Shown: positions 1-9,292, counted from the stretch's first letter. The stretch is DNA of 64,000 nt from Minisyncoccota bacterium (GCA_028701035.1 JAQVRO010000001.1:5497-69496); one strand, 5' to 3'. Translations and numbers: made by a program. The notes: a model not told the origin generated them from the letters alone.

Positions 1-2162
1 TGCTCTTTGCTTAATGGCTCAAAAAGAACAACTGAACTAAAACGATTGATAAATTCGGGCTTAAATATTGATTCTTTAAAGAAATAATTTAAAAGCTCTA
101 ACTTTAAAGACTCGGAACTAACATTATCTTTCGCGCGCTCTAGTATTAAATTACTTCCAGCATTACTGGTTGCAATGATAATGCAATTTTTAAAATCAAC
201 TCTTTGCCCCATACCATCAGTAATACTACCCTCGTCTAATACCTGCAAAAACAAATTTAAAATATCCTTGTGTGCTTTTTCTAATTCGTCTAATAATATT
301 AAAGAAAATGGCTTTTGCTTAACTTGGCTAGTAAGCAACCCCTCACTTTTAGTAGATCCTATCAACCTCTCAATATCATTAAGTGTTTGAAATTCAGACA
401 TATCAATACGAATCATATTTCTCACATCTTTAAAGTAAACCTCGGCTAAAGCTTTGGCGGTTTGAGTTTTACCAACTCCGGTGGGGCCAATAAAAAGAAA
501 TGATCCGATTGGTTTGTCGTGTGAAGAAATATCAGAACGAGACCTTCTAAGAGCTGAAGATATTTCTTTAACAGCACTGTCTTGATTGATGAGCCTTTGA
601 TGAATCAACGATTCGAGATTAACTAAAATATCCTTTTCTTGAGTATCCATCGCCCCAACTGGAATATTCATTTTACGAGAAACTATTTTCCGAATATGCT
701 CAGGCAAAAGAGTCTTTTCATTAATTTGACTAATATACATCATCGCCTCGTCAAGTAAATCTAGGGCTTTTTTAGGAAATGGCTCTTCGGGAATATATCT
801 ATCTGAACAAATAACAATCTCTTTAATGGCTTGATAAGATATAATCTTTTTATACTTAAACTCCATATTAATAGATTGTCTTTGTAAAAACATTATTGTA
901 TCTTTTTGAGATAACTCGGGCACATCTACTTTTTCAAAATACGATCCAACCGAAGAATTATTACTAATAGTTCGATACCCCTTGTAGTCAGTAATACCAA
1001 CAATAGGAAAACTATCAAAGGGAAGATAACTTGCTAATACACCAGAGACATCAACCTTACCCGGCTTTGATTCTCCAGATAAAAAATTATGAATATCGTT
1101 GATAAACAATATTGTGTTATTAGAATTAACGACTTCTTGGAATATATGATCTAGGACATTTTCTAATTCTTCACCATTTTCTACTTTAGCTATTAAAAAT
1201 GGTAAATCTAGCTCAACCACTCTTTTATGATTAAGGCCAACTAAGCTCTCAGCATAAAAACTCTTTTTTGCTAGTGCACGCATTATACAAATCCTCCCCA
1301 CTCCGGCGTCCCCAACTAATAAAACATTATTAATCCCTCCTTTGGCTAAAATTCTCTCAGTTTCTTCTATTTGTTTTGCGTGACCAATAATATCAGGAAA
1401 GTCATTTCTTTTAAAATAATCGGTCCAATTGATAGAAAACTTATCAAGCATTATCGTATAACCTGATGCCCAATCCTTAGCTAAAGATCCTTTTTTGACT
1501 AAGTTTTCCCATTTCCAAAACTTGCTTTGATTCTCAGCCCTCTTACGCATCCTATATATCCAATTGAAAACATTGCGCACATCTTCGGAATCAATATCAT
1601 AATTCTTAAAAACTTCTTTAAGTATAAAATGATTTTCTGAGGCAAAAACCAAAACATCATTTTTTTTAATTTTCACTCCCCCTCTATTCTTAGATTCGTT
1701 TAGAGAACCCTCTAGTAGTTTCCAGATATCGTCGTTATCTTTGGTTGTCTTTAATAATGCTCGCACCTCTCTAATATCAATACCTAATCTTGAAAAGACA
1801 AAAACAAAATCACTGTCCTCTAGTAAGTTGTAGAGAAACTGGCAGGTATTAGTAGAAAATGATCTAGCAACATCAAAGCTAAATAGCTCGGCAATATTAC
1901 CATTGTCTACTATTTTTGGATATTTTAATTTTACATTAAAAAAATATTCAATTTGGAAAAACAACAAAAACAAAGAGAAAGATAAAAATATTAAAGAAAC
2001 AAAATTATCATCAACAATTAAAAAGTAGAAAAGAAATATCAAGAAAAGAAGTAAAGATATTGTCTTTAATAATCGTGCCTTTCTAAAGACAACAAAGCGA
2101 TTCATTTTTACCGCGCTGTATATCGAAGAATTAACCAAATTAAATTGTTCTTTTATTGCCAT
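1..2162 (-). CDS. Clp/Hsp100-family double AAA+ ATPase (ClpA/ClpC-like), 3' end off window. It has an N-terminal two-helix membrane anchor and a degenerate first nucleotide-binding domain.
   Basis: Hand translation of the minus strand from ATG at 2162 is open to position 1. It shows a Clp N-domain-like repeat, a D1 P-loop reading GDAGVGRI (Lys to Arg, Thr to Ile) and a D1 Walker B reading FINDIH. D2 is canonical: Walker A GPTGVGKTQTAKALA, RIDMSEF, LLDELEKAH, sensor IIATSNAG. D1 to D2 spacing is about 280 aa (ClpA-like). Two hydrophobic stretches lie at residues about 35 to 75. The six-frame track did not list this ORF because it runs off the window edge. Confidence 0.7.
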   Translation of the reverse strand, partial: MAIKEQFNLVNSSIYSAVKMNRFVVFRKARLLKTISLLLFLIFLFYFLIVDDNFVSLIFLSFSLFLLFFQIEYFFNVKLKYPKIVDNGNIAELFSFDVARSFSTNTCQFLYNLLEDSDFVFVFSRLGIDIREVRALLKTTKDNDDIWKLLEGSLNESKNRGGVKIKKNDVLVFASENHFILKEVFKNYDIDSEDVRNVFNWIYRMRKRAENQSKFWKWENLVKKGSLAKDWASGYTIMLDKFSINWTDYFKRNDFPDIIGHAKQIEETERILAKGGINNVLLVGDAGVGRICIMRALAKKSFYAESLVGLNHKRVVELDLPFLIAKVENGEELENVLDHIFQEVVNSNNTILFINDIHNFLSGESKPGKVDVSGVLASYLPFDSFPIVGITDYKGYRTISNNSSVGSYFEKVDVPELSQKDTIMFLQRQSINMEFKYKKIISYQAIKEIVICSDRYIPEEPFPKKALDLLDEAMMYISQINEKTLLPEHIRKIVSRKMNIPVGAMDTQEKDILVNLESLIHQRLINQDSAVKEISSALRRSRSDISSHDKPIGSFLFIGPTGVGKTQTAKALAEVYFKDVRNMIRIDMSEFQTLNDIERLIGSTKSEGLLTSQVKQKPFSLILLDELEKAHKDILNLFLQVLDEGSITDGMGQRVDFKNCIIIATSNAGSNLILERAKDNVSSESLKLELLNYFFKESIFKPEFINRFSSVVLFEPLSKE

Positions 2163-2533
2163 ATTCCTAAAATAAAAGATAATATCATAATAAAAGGAAT
2201 TAGAATCCATGCCACGATTACTAAGCCACCCAAGAGAAACAAACTAAAACCAGAAACCACTCCAATAATAATTGTTAAAAACCTGACAAACCCACCCAGA
2301 ACCCGAGAGACAAAATTACCGAATAAAATATTAATATAATTCAATGGACCTGAGCTTCTTTCGTGAAACCAATTATAATTATGCCAATAGCAAAACATTG
2401 TTTTAAAAAGAAATCCAATAGAAAAGAAATTAAAGTTGAAAACAAGAATATCTTTAAAGGTTTTAATTATGAAAAAAGGGGCATCAACTAAATACCATTC
2501 AAACCAATTTATGATTATACTTTTTGATTTCAT
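2153..2533 (-). CDS. hypothetical small membrane protein (126 aa) immediately upstream of the Clp-like gene, probably co-transcribed with it
   Basis: ORF track entry with several hydrophobic segments (GGLVIVAWILIPFIMILSFILGIW). Its stop overlaps the downstream gene start by 10 nt. Confidence 0.4.
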   Translation of the reverse strand: MKSKSIIINWFEWYLVDAPFFIIKTFKDILVFNFNFFSIGFLFKTMFCYWHNYNWFHERSSGPLNYINILFGNFVSRVLGGFVRFLTIIIGVVSGFSLFLLGGLVIVAWILIPFIMILSFILGIWQ

Positions 2534-2647
2534 ATACTTAAAATCATTATACTTATTTTAAGGGTATTGACAAGAAAATCATCTTTCTTATAATGGCTCT
2601 TGTAAAGATAAAAGGTCGAAAACTACCTTTTTTAAAATAATAAAAAT

Positions 2648-2815
2648 ATGGTTATTGAAAAAACAATTATGCCACTTGTGGCACAAGACGAAGACGAGTT
2701 AGATGAAATAGAAGAAGATTTAGTAGAAGATGACATGGACGATGATTTACTAGATGATGATATTGACGATATAGAAGAGATAGAAGACGACCTCGAAGAC
2801 ATCACTGAAGAATAA
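2648..2815 (+). CDS. small, extremely acidic peptide (55 aa, almost entirely D/E/L/I)
   Basis: ATG at 2648 runs to TAA at 2813..2815 and is followed immediately by a strong intrinsic terminator. The antisense frame gives the Ser-rich ORF 2632..2895 in the track, which I consider a shadow ORF. Both are low complexity, so the protein-coding status itself is uncertain. Confidence 0.3.
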   Translation: MVIEKTIMPLVAQDEDELDEIEEDLVEDDMDDDLLDDDIDDIEEIEDDLEDITEE

Positions 2816-2821
2816 TTAAAA

Positions 2822-2846
2822 GACCGCCAAAAGGCGGTCTTTTTAT
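2822..2846. terminator. rho-independent terminator hairpin (GACCGCC-AAAA-GGCGGTC) flanked by A-run and T-run, likely bidirectional
   Basis: Perfect 7-bp GC-rich stem followed by TTTTT on plus and by an A-run (T-run on minus) on the other side. It sits between convergent features: the acidic peptide (+) and the histidine kinase (-). Confidence 0.6.
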
Positions 2847-2967
2847 AACCCAGGGAATTGATACAAAAATAACCAGATAACAACAACGGCAACAATAATT
2901 ATAATTATGTAATCACTAATATTCATACTTTAATAATATCAATTGTATTATAAAAAAACAAGAGGGT

Positions 2968-3918
2968 TTAAAAATTACCCTCCTTTATTTTGTATTTATC
3001 TTTTGAAACATAGATCTCAAACTTTGCTCCTTTACCATGCTCGCCTACTTCTCTGATAGAGATCCCTGTTATTGATAGAATCTCCTTGCAGAGGAAAAGG
3101 CCAAGCCCGGTGTTCTTGCCGAAACCTTTATGAAATATCCTTTCTTTATCAATATCAGGAACTCCGCATCCATCATCCAACCAAGTTATGACAAGGCCTT
3201 GATCGGACTCTTTGCATTTAATACAGACCTTAGTAGCAAGGCCATGCCTTCTACTGTTATCCAGTAAGTTATAAAAAACCTTACTAATCATAGGGTCGGC
3301 ATATATTTCTATGTTGCGACAATCATATCGTATATTTCCACGAAGATTTAATATAGTGCTCTCAAGAGAAACCCATGACAGGTCCTTACCTAAGTCGTCA
3401 TAGGCCCGAGTAAATTCAACAATCTCCTGAATTCCAGAGATTGATCTAGAGACTTCTTTAAGATACCTTGAAGAAGTCTCGTCAAGGGTATCTTCTCTTA
3501 TAAAATGAAGATACCCATTGGCTGCCATGATATAATTTAAAATATCATGGCGAGTGATTTGGGATAGAATCTGCAACTTTTCATTAGCAGACCTAAGAAC
3601 CTTTCCAAGCCTCTTCTTCTCTGTCATATCTTTAACAGAGATGATCACCTCCGACTCCGATGGAAAAACTCTTATATCAAAGATTTCTCCATTTAACTCA
3701 TACTCAACAAGTTCTGATTGTTGAGCGCGAACAACTCTTGCAACAACCTCTAAGGCCATCGCGAGATCGCCCTCCGGAATAATATCCGAAAGATGTTTTC
3801 CAACAATCGGTTCATTGGAAACCATTTTTACAATGTTTCCCGCTTCGTCAGTAATAATCACAATGTCCATAAACATTCCCCGCACCAAATTGTAAAAGTG
3901 CTGGCAATAGAATGCCAT
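2968..3918 (-). CDS. cytoplasmic sensor histidine kinase with a PAS-like N-terminal domain
   Basis: H-box region ITRHDILNYI. HATPase_c motifs DDGCGVP (G1) and GLGLFLCKEI (G2). No transmembrane segment. No response regulator is nearby. Confidence 0.75.
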   Translation of the reverse strand: MAFYCQHFYNLVRGMFMDIVIITDEAGNIVKMVSNEPIVGKHLSDIIPEGDLAMALEVVARVVRAQQSELVEYELNGEIFDIRVFPSESEVIISVKDMTEKKRLGKVLRSANEKLQILSQITRHDILNYIMAANGYLHFIREDTLDETSSRYLKEVSRSISGIQEIVEFTRAYDDLGKDLSWVSLESTILNLRGNIRYDCRNIEIYADPMISKVFYNLLDNSRRHGLATKVCIKCKESDQGLVITWLDDGCGVPDIDKERIFHKGFGKNTGLGLFLCKEILSITGISIREVGEHGKGAKFEIYVSKDKYKIKEGNF

Positions 3919-3940
3919 ATAAGATCGTTTTTGTAAAGGG

Positions 3941-4012
3941 TGAGTCCAGATGGATTTGAACCATCGACCTTTCGGATGTGAACCGAACGCTCTGCCCCTG
4001 AGCTATGGACTC
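3941..4012 (-). tRNA. tRNA-Val: tRNA-Val (anticodon CAC)
   Basis: Hand-folded cloverleaf: acceptor GAGTCCA/TGGACTC, D-stem GCTC/GAGC, anticodon stem TTCGG/CCGAA with loop TTCACAT, T-arm GATGG-TTCAAAT-CCATC, discriminator A, CCA not encoded. The ORF 3848..4048 in the track overlaps it and is spurious. Confidence 0.8.
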
Positions 4013-4042
4013 CTCGATATCCTTATATAATAAAAAGAAGGA

Positions 4043-4071
4043 TTGCACAATATTTTAAAAAGTACTATAAT
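4043..4071 (+). promoter_or_regulatory. sigma70-like promoter (TTGCAC-17-TATAAT) placing the transcription start within a few nt of the ATG at 4080 (leaderless or near-leaderless mRNA)
   Basis: -35 TTGCAC at 4043..4048, 17-nt spacer, -10 TATAAT at 4066..4071, ATG at 4080. No Shine-Dalgarno in between. Confidence 0.4.
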
Positions 4072-4079
4072 ACCTCATT

Positions 4080-5765
4080 ATGCAAATATTTGAATTTCAA
4101 TTTAATCCCAAAGTAAAAACCAAGAAGGTTGAGAACCTTTTTCAAGAGTTTGAATCAAGCGAACGCAACCTATATATTATTGGTGATCAAAAAAGAATCA
4201 TTCCCGGAAATGAAAAATTCTTAGCCAATATTATTAGAATGATAAAAGATGAATACGCTCTTAATGAACCAGAGAGTCACGAAAAAGCACTTCAAGAATG
4301 TTTGGTTAAAATAAACGATTACTTTAAAATTGAAATAGCTAGAGACAATATTGGCTGGATGGGTAATTTAAATCTAGTAATAGTTTCTCAATACAAAGAA
4401 GAGATCCATTTAACTAAAATGGGTAAATCAAAAGTTTATCTTTTAAAATATGAGAGTTATTCAGAATTAAATAATAAAAACAAAAAGGACTCTAGCTTTT
4501 TTGGAAGTATAATTTCTGGCAGAATGGTCTATGGCGACAGGTTGTGCGTTATATCAGAAGAATTAAACAAAATAATAGAAAAAAAGAAGGTATTAGAAGA
4601 AATAACTAAACTACCTTTCTTAGATCAAAAAATTGTAGACGAAATAATAGAACCTATTAAGAAAGATTTAGGTAAATCATCCGGCACATTCTTCCTCCTA
4701 GATAGTAAAGATAGCCCTAAGAAAAAAAATACATTAATGGAAGAGATAGAAATAGATTTTTCAATCAAAGAACTATACTATAGCATTAAAAGATTTGTTG
4801 ATAAAAAAACAAAGAAAACTCCAAAAATTGGGATTAACGAAGATCTTAAAAATCTCTTAAAGCCACTAATTGCCCTAGGATTGATACTATTAGTAGGATC
4901 TTTTGTTTTTGATAAAGAAGAAAAAGAAATAGTTAAAGAGCTAACCGTAGAAGAAAAGCTAGCTCAAATTGATATAACCAAAGAAGAATCTCTTCCTCTA
5001 TTAGCTGAATTGTATAATGAAGCGGACGACGAAACTGCCACAGAAATTCAAGAAATAATTGATTCTATGGCTAAGATATATAGAATTAATGATATTAGCA
5101 AATCAAAAGATTTTGAAGAAAATGTATCTAAAATACTTTTAAACAAATACGGCTATGACAACAACTTAGTAATATCTAGTAAAAAATATGAATCTAGTTT
5201 TCCAATAGATTTAGTGTTTGAGTTTCAAAACAGAATTCTTTTATTCTCTAAGCCAAACAAATTATTAGAGCTAAAGGATGATAAAATCACAGAACTAAAA
5301 CAACTTGAAATAGAAGCTCCCAATAACCCAACCCCCTATCTAAATAATATATACTTCACTAACAATAAAGAGATAATAAAATACGATTTAAATAATTATA
5401 CCAATTGGCTAAAATCTCCATTAAAACAATCGACCGACATTATTTCAATGTCAGTCGATGGTCATATTTGGATTTTAGATCAAGAGAATAAAATATCTAA
5501 ATATTATCTTGGCGAACATAGGGCAGATATTAATTTAAACATATTCCCAAGCTCTAAAAACTTTATTCAGATTTTAACTTCTACACAAACCGATTATATT
5601 TTTGCCTTAGATTCACTACATAATAGAATTATTGTAGCAGATAAAGACGGAAAATTAGTTAAACAAATTTGGAGCGAAAAATTTAACAACCTGAAACACA
5701 TCCAAATATCTAACAACAAACTATATATCTTAAACGAAAATACTGTTTACGAAACAACTATTTAA
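4080..5765 (+). CDS. hypothetical Lys-rich protein (561 aa) with one central transmembrane helix and a possible beta-propeller-like C-terminal region
   Basis: ORF track. Hydrophobic segment [18 protein letters not shown]. No recognisable catalytic motifs. Confidence 0.5.
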   Translation: MQIFEFQFNPKVKTKKVENLFQEFESSERNLYIIGDQKRIIPGNEKFLANIIRMIKDEYALNEPESHEKALQECLVKINDYFKIEIARDNIGWMGNLNLVIVSQYKEEIHLTKMGKSKVYLLKYESYSELNNKNKKDSSFFGSIISGRMVYGDRLCVISEELNKIIEKKKVLEEITKLPFLDQKIVDEIIEPIKKDLGKSSGTFFLLDSKDSPKKKNTLMEEIEIDFSIKELYYSIKRFVDKKTKKTPKIGINEDLKNLLKPLIALGLILLVGSFVFDKEEKEIVKELTVEEKLAQIDITKEESLPLLAELYNEADDETATEIQEIIDSMAKIYRINDISKSKDFEENVSKILLNKYGYDNNLVISSKKYESSFPIDLVFEFQNRILLFSKPNKLLELKDDKITELKQLEIEAPNNPTPYLNNIYFTNNKEIIKYDLNNYTNWLKSPLKQSTDIISMSVDGHIWILDQENKISKYYLGEHRADINLNIFPSSKNFIQILTSTQTDYIFALDSLHNRIIVADKDGKLVKQIWSEKFNNLKHIQISNNKLYILNENTVYETTI

Positions 5766-6198
5766 GTGTAATTGTAGCACCAGCTGCTTCAAACTTCTTC
5801 TTCATTTCTTCGGCATCTTCTTTACCGAGTCCCTCAGAAACAATTTGAGGTGAACCTGCTGCCTCGTCAACTAAATCTTTAGCTTCTTTAAGGCCTTTTC
5901 CGGTAACATCTCTTACTACTTTAATTACCTCAATCTTTTTGTCTCCGATAGCGCTAAGCTCAACATTAAATGAGCTCTTTTCTTCGGCGCCTGCACCAGC
6001 ATCACCAGCTACAGGAGCGGCGGCAACAGCCATAGGCATAGATGCAGAAACTCCAAACTTTTTCTCTAAAACCTTTACAAGCTCTGAAAGATCTAAAACC
6101 GACATATTAGCGATCTCGTCTACGATTTTAGCAAATTTCTCAGGAACTTGAACTTCCTCATCTTTCTTTATTTCTTCTGACATTTTTTTAAAAGCCAA
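5758..6198 (-). CDS. rplL: 50S ribosomal protein L7/L12
   Basis: Ala/Glu-rich hinge, C-terminal domain ...[21 protein letters not shown]...ATITLK. Located downstream of rplJ. Confidence 0.9.
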   Translation of the reverse strand: MAFKKMSEEIKKDEEVQVPEKFAKIVDEIANMSVLDLSELVKVLEKKFGVSASMPMAVAAAPVAGDAGAGAEEKSSFNVELSAIGDKKIEVIKVVRDVTGKGLKEAKDLVDEAAGSPQIVSEGLGKEDAEEMKKKFEAAGATITLK

Positions 6199-6208
6199 AT
6201 CTTATTTC

Positions 6209-6721
6209 TTAGGATTTAACTTGTTTAAGTGTGTAAATTAAACCTTTAATATTTCCCTCCAATACAGTGGCAAAACCAGAAATTGGAGCTTGGATTGTTC
6301 CAACCAATTGAGCCAAAAGTTCTTCCCTTGTAGGAAGCTTAGCTAATGCTAATACTTGCTCTTCAGATATTGCACTGCCATCCATAAACCCACTCACTAT
6401 TTTAAGGTTTGGATTTTCTTTAGAGAAATTATATGCAATCTTAGCTGGAGAAACTGGATCAGAAAAACCAAAAACAACACCAACTTCTTCTTTAAGGCTC
6501 TTGGCATCAATATCAATTTCGTTGTTTTTAAAAGCAACATTCATTAATGTCTTCTTAAAAACCGTAAACCCGGCATCGCTCTTTCTAAGCTCGCCTCTTA
6601 ATTCGGATATTTCATCCATTTTAAGACCTTTGAAGTTTACAAAAACCATTGCTTTTTGTTTCTTGATCTTACCATCTAAATCTTTAACTATCTCTTGTTT
6701 TCTTTCTTTGGTTAAAGGCAT
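6209..6721 (-). CDS. rplJ: 50S ribosomal protein L10
   Basis: L10 family similarity and the conserved rplJ-rplL order. Confidence 0.9.
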   Translation of the reverse strand: MPLTKERKQEIVKDLDGKIKKQKAMVFVNFKGLKMDEISELRGELRKSDAGFTVFKKTLMNVAFKNNEIDIDAKSLKEEVGVVFGFSDPVSPAKIAYNFSKENPNLKIVSGFMDGSAISEEQVLALAKLPTREELLAQLVGTIQAPISGFATVLEGNIKGLIYTLKQVKS

Positions 6722-6838
6722 ATTTTGTGTAATAAAAAACTACGTAAATACACGCAGGCAAAAGGACGACCTTTTAAGATTATACCTCGAGAGGATTTAT
6801 ACACCTCTTGTCTGCGGTAATTGAACAATATCAACTTT

Positions 6839-7354
6839 TTACTTTTTAGTCAAGAGACTTACAACCTCTACCCCAAACTCTTCTGCTACATCAGGCCCAT
6901 TAGCAGTAATAATATTACCGTCAACCACAACATCCTTATCTTCAAATATTGCTCCGTTTTCAGATAATGTCTTAATTGGACTTTTGTCCATATTAGATGA
7001 CCAAACAGTTGCCCTCTTATTTTTCAAAATCCCCGCTTTGGCTAGTATTATAGGAGATATGCATATTGCTCCTATTATCTTTGCCTTGTTAATCAGATTA
7101 TATGAAATATCATTATCTAGATTACCCAAACATCCAGATCCACCAGCAAAAACCAAAGCATCAAAATCATTCATATTAACTTCGCTAATTAATTGGTGTA
7201 TCTCTACCTCTCCCCCACTAACACCTAGCGCTATTCCTTTAGCATTACTAGCTGTAGCAACACTAAAACCATTATTCTCAAAGACTTCTTTGGGAATAAA
7301 ATACTCCTCGTCTTTAAAATTGTTATAGGCAATTACAAATAGTATTTTTTTCAT
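6839..7354 (-). CDS. DJ-1/PfpI family protein (class I glutamine amidotransferase-like)
   Basis: Conserved nucleophile elbow AICISPIILAKAGIL. Length about 170 aa, typical of the PfpI/YajL family. Confidence 0.75.
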   Translation of the reverse strand: MKKILFVIAYNNFKDEEYFIPKEVFENNGFSVATASNAKGIALGVSGGEVEIHQLISEVNMNDFDALVFAGGSGCLGNLDNDISYNLINKAKIIGAICISPIILAKAGILKNKRATVWSSNMDKSPIKTLSENGAIFEDKDVVVDGNIITANGPDVAEEFGVEVVSLLTKK

Positions 7355-8289
7355 TTTAAATATTTATTCTTAGCTTGTATATGCTCGTCAAAAGTTTTAC
7401 TAAAAACAGTTTCGCCATCTGGCTTAGAAAGATAAAAGAAGTATTCGCTATCTTTGGGATATATCGCCGCCTTGATACTATTAAGCCCCGGATTAGATAT
7501 TGGGCCAATTGGCAAGCCACGATTAATATATGTGTTATAGGGAGACTCTATCTTTGTTTCTTCGGTAGAAACTTGAACACTCTTTTTGCCAGTGATATAT
7601 ACTATCGTAGCACAAGATTGAAGTGGCGTTCCATATTCAATTCTTTTCCATAAAATCCCCGAAACTAATGCCATATCTTCGGAGCTTCTAACTTCTTTCT
7701 CAATAATTGACGCCATTGTAATAATCTCAAAGAGACTTTTATCCGCCATATCACTTCTCATCTCTTCAGTAATCTTGCTATTAAAGTTATCAATCATTAT
7801 CTTGATAATCTCTTTTTCAGAATAACTATAAGGAATGTTATAGGTGTCTGGAAAAAGATAACCTTCTAGGTTCTGACTATTAACTAAAGATAAAAAGTTG
7901 TCTTTATCAAAGTTATCTATTGTTTGAGATAAATATCCAGCAATATCATTTTTATTCCAACCCTCAATAATAGTAATCTTTTGATCAACCACATTGCCCG
8001 AATAAAGCAAATTAACCATATCAACAACCGTCACTGGATCTTTAATAAGATAATGACCAGCTTTAAGCTGACTCCCCTTGCCCGAAACAAAAGCACAAAT
8101 ATTAAAAAAATAGTGGTGCCAGATTAGATCTTCTTGGTATAGCTTTAATCCAATATTCTTTACTCCCTCACCGGGCAAGACAACAAAAAGAACATCGCCA
8201 TTATGTTCTTTTGAAGAATAAAAACCGAAGAGAAGAGAAATACTAATTATTAATATTAAAAAGAAGAAAATATATTTAATAAAATGCAT
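7351..8289 (-). CDS. mltG: endolytic murein transglycosylase MltG (YceG family)
   Basis: N-terminal TM anchor and YceG motif region EGYLFPDTYNIPYSYSEKEII. Confidence 0.8.
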   Translation of the reverse strand: MHFIKYIFFFLILIISISLLFGFYSSKEHNGDVLFVVLPGEGVKNIGLKLYQEDLIWHHYFFNICAFVSGKGSQLKAGHYLIKDPVTVVDMVNLLYSGNVVDQKITIIEGWNKNDIAGYLSQTIDNFDKDNFLSLVNSQNLEGYLFPDTYNIPYSYSEKEIIKIMIDNFNSKITEEMRSDMADKSLFEIITMASIIEKEVRSSEDMALVSGILWKRIEYGTPLQSCATIVYITGKKSVQVSTEETKIESPYNTYINRGLPIGPISNPGLNSIKAAIYPKDSEYFFYLSKPDGETVFSKTFDEHIQAKNKYLK

Positions 8290-8750
8290 TAGTTAAAAAT
8301 CTTCTTAATTTTATCGACTAAAGAAATATAATCAATAATCAATGTGCCGTTTAAGTGATCTATCTCGTGTTGTATGATTCTAGCCTCTAGGCCCTCTAGA
8401 TCGCACTCAATAGTATTTCCTTCAATGTCTAAAAATCTAACTCGCACATAGGTTGGTCTTTTAACATTAACTAATTGATCTGGAAGACTAAGACAACCCT
8501 CCTCAACAATATCTTTTTCGGATCCCCTTTCAAGAATAATTGGATTAATAAAAGGAACTATTTCGTTATCTTCAAACCTTACAAGAACCAATCTTTTTAA
8601 AACACCAACTTGAGGGGCAGCCAAACCCGCTCCACGCTCCAAATCAATTACATCTACCATTTGATCAACTAAATCCCGAATACTCCCATCTATTTCTAAG
8701 ACAGGTTCTGACTTCTGACGCAAAAACTTTAAATCTTTTCTTACCTCCAT
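8289..8750 (-). CDS. def: peptide deformylase
   Basis: Three PDF motifs: GAGLAAPQVG, EGCLSLPD, QHEIDHLNG. Confidence 0.85.
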   Translation of the reverse strand: MEVRKDLKFLRQKSEPVLEIDGSIRDLVDQMVDVIDLERGAGLAAPQVGVLKRLVLVRFEDNEIVPFINPIILERGSEKDIVEEGCLSLPDQLVNVKRPTYVRVRFLDIEGNTIECDLEGLEARIIQHEIDHLNGTLIIDYISLVDKIKKIFN

Positions 8751-8751
8751 G

Positions 8752-8822
8752 CGGGTCCGCCCTGATTCGAACAGAGAACTTTGCTTTTGGAGAGCAAAAT
8801 TATGCCATTTAACTACGAACCC
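8752..8822 (-). tRNA. tRNA-Trp: tRNA-Trp (anticodon CCA)
   Basis: Hand fold: acceptor GGGTTCG/CGGACCC (one G-U pair), D-stem GTTA/TAAT, anticodon stem TTGCT/AGCAA with loop CTCCAAA, 4-nt variable loop, T-arm CTCTG-TTCGAAT-CAGGG, discriminator G. Its 3' end lies 2 nt upstream of the def ATG. Confidence 0.7.
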
Positions 8823-8879
8823 AAATCAAAATCAAATTCAAAATGGAATTTGAAATCTTATTCTTCTAAATTAAGCAAA

Positions 8880-9053
8880 CTATTTCTTAGTTTCTTTGTG
8901 TGGCTTGTGGCCTCTGCACCAAGAACAAAACTTGCTCAATTCAAGCTTTTTTTCAATGTCCTGACCCTTGGATTTCTTAACTGAATAGTTAACTCTCTTG
9001 CAAGCGCCACATTGAAGCTTAACATATGCTTTCTTTTTTGATTTTGTAGCCAT
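8880..9053 (-). CDS. rpmG: 50S ribosomal protein L33 (zinc-ribbon type, 57 aa). Not in the ORF track.
   Basis: Hand translation gives MATKSKKKAYVKLQCGACKRVNYSVKKSKGQDIEKKLELSKFCSWCRGHKPHKETKK with two CxxC pairs. It sits in the classical position next to tRNA-Thr/Tyr/Trp. Confidence 0.8.
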   Translation of the reverse strand: MATKSKKKAYVKLQCGACKRVNYSVKKSKGQDIEKKLELSKFCSWCRGHKPHKETKK

Positions 9054-9066
9054 ATTTTTAATACTG

Positions 9067-9138
<72 letters not shown>

Positions 9139-9145
9139 AATAGTG

Positions 9146-9228
9146 TGGGTAGAGAGGGATTTGAACCCCCGTAGCCCGAAGGCGCCAGATTTACAGTCTG
9201 GTGCGATTGACCGCTCCGCCATCTACCC
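9146..9228 (-). tRNA. tRNA-Tyr: tRNA-Tyr (anticodon GTA) with long variable arm
   Basis: Acceptor GGGTAGA/TCTACCC, anticodon stem CCAGA/TCTGG with loop CTGTAAA, long variable arm GCCTTCGGGCTAC, T-arm GGGGG-TTCAAAT-CCCTC. Confidence 0.8.
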
Positions 9229-9257
9229 AACATTGTCAATAATTAGCAACAACGGAT

Positions 9258-9288
9258 TTTATACTACCATAAAACATTAATTTTTCAA
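9258..9288 (-). promoter_or_regulatory. candidate promoter for the tRNA-Tyr/tRNA-Thr/rpmG transcription unit
   Basis: On the minus strand TTGAAA (-35), an 18 to 19-nt spacer and TATAAA (-10) end about 25 nt upstream of the tRNA-Tyr 5' end. The spacer is slightly long. Confidence 0.3.
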
Positions 9289-9292
9289 TACA

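Noticed and set aside
2632-2895. 87-aa Ser-rich minus-strand ORF from the six-frame track
   Set aside because: It is the antisense shadow of the poly-acidic plus-strand ORF (GAx/GAC codons read backwards give TCx). The plus frame is the one followed by a terminator. It is low complexity, so neither may be a real gene.
3848-4048. 66-aa minus-strand ORF
   Set aside because: Completely overlaps the well-formed tRNA-Val and its promoter.
8781-8984. 67-aa plus-strand ORF
   Set aside because: Overlaps tRNA-Trp and the antisense of rpmG (L33). L33 gives a clean zinc-ribbon ribosomal protein sequence.
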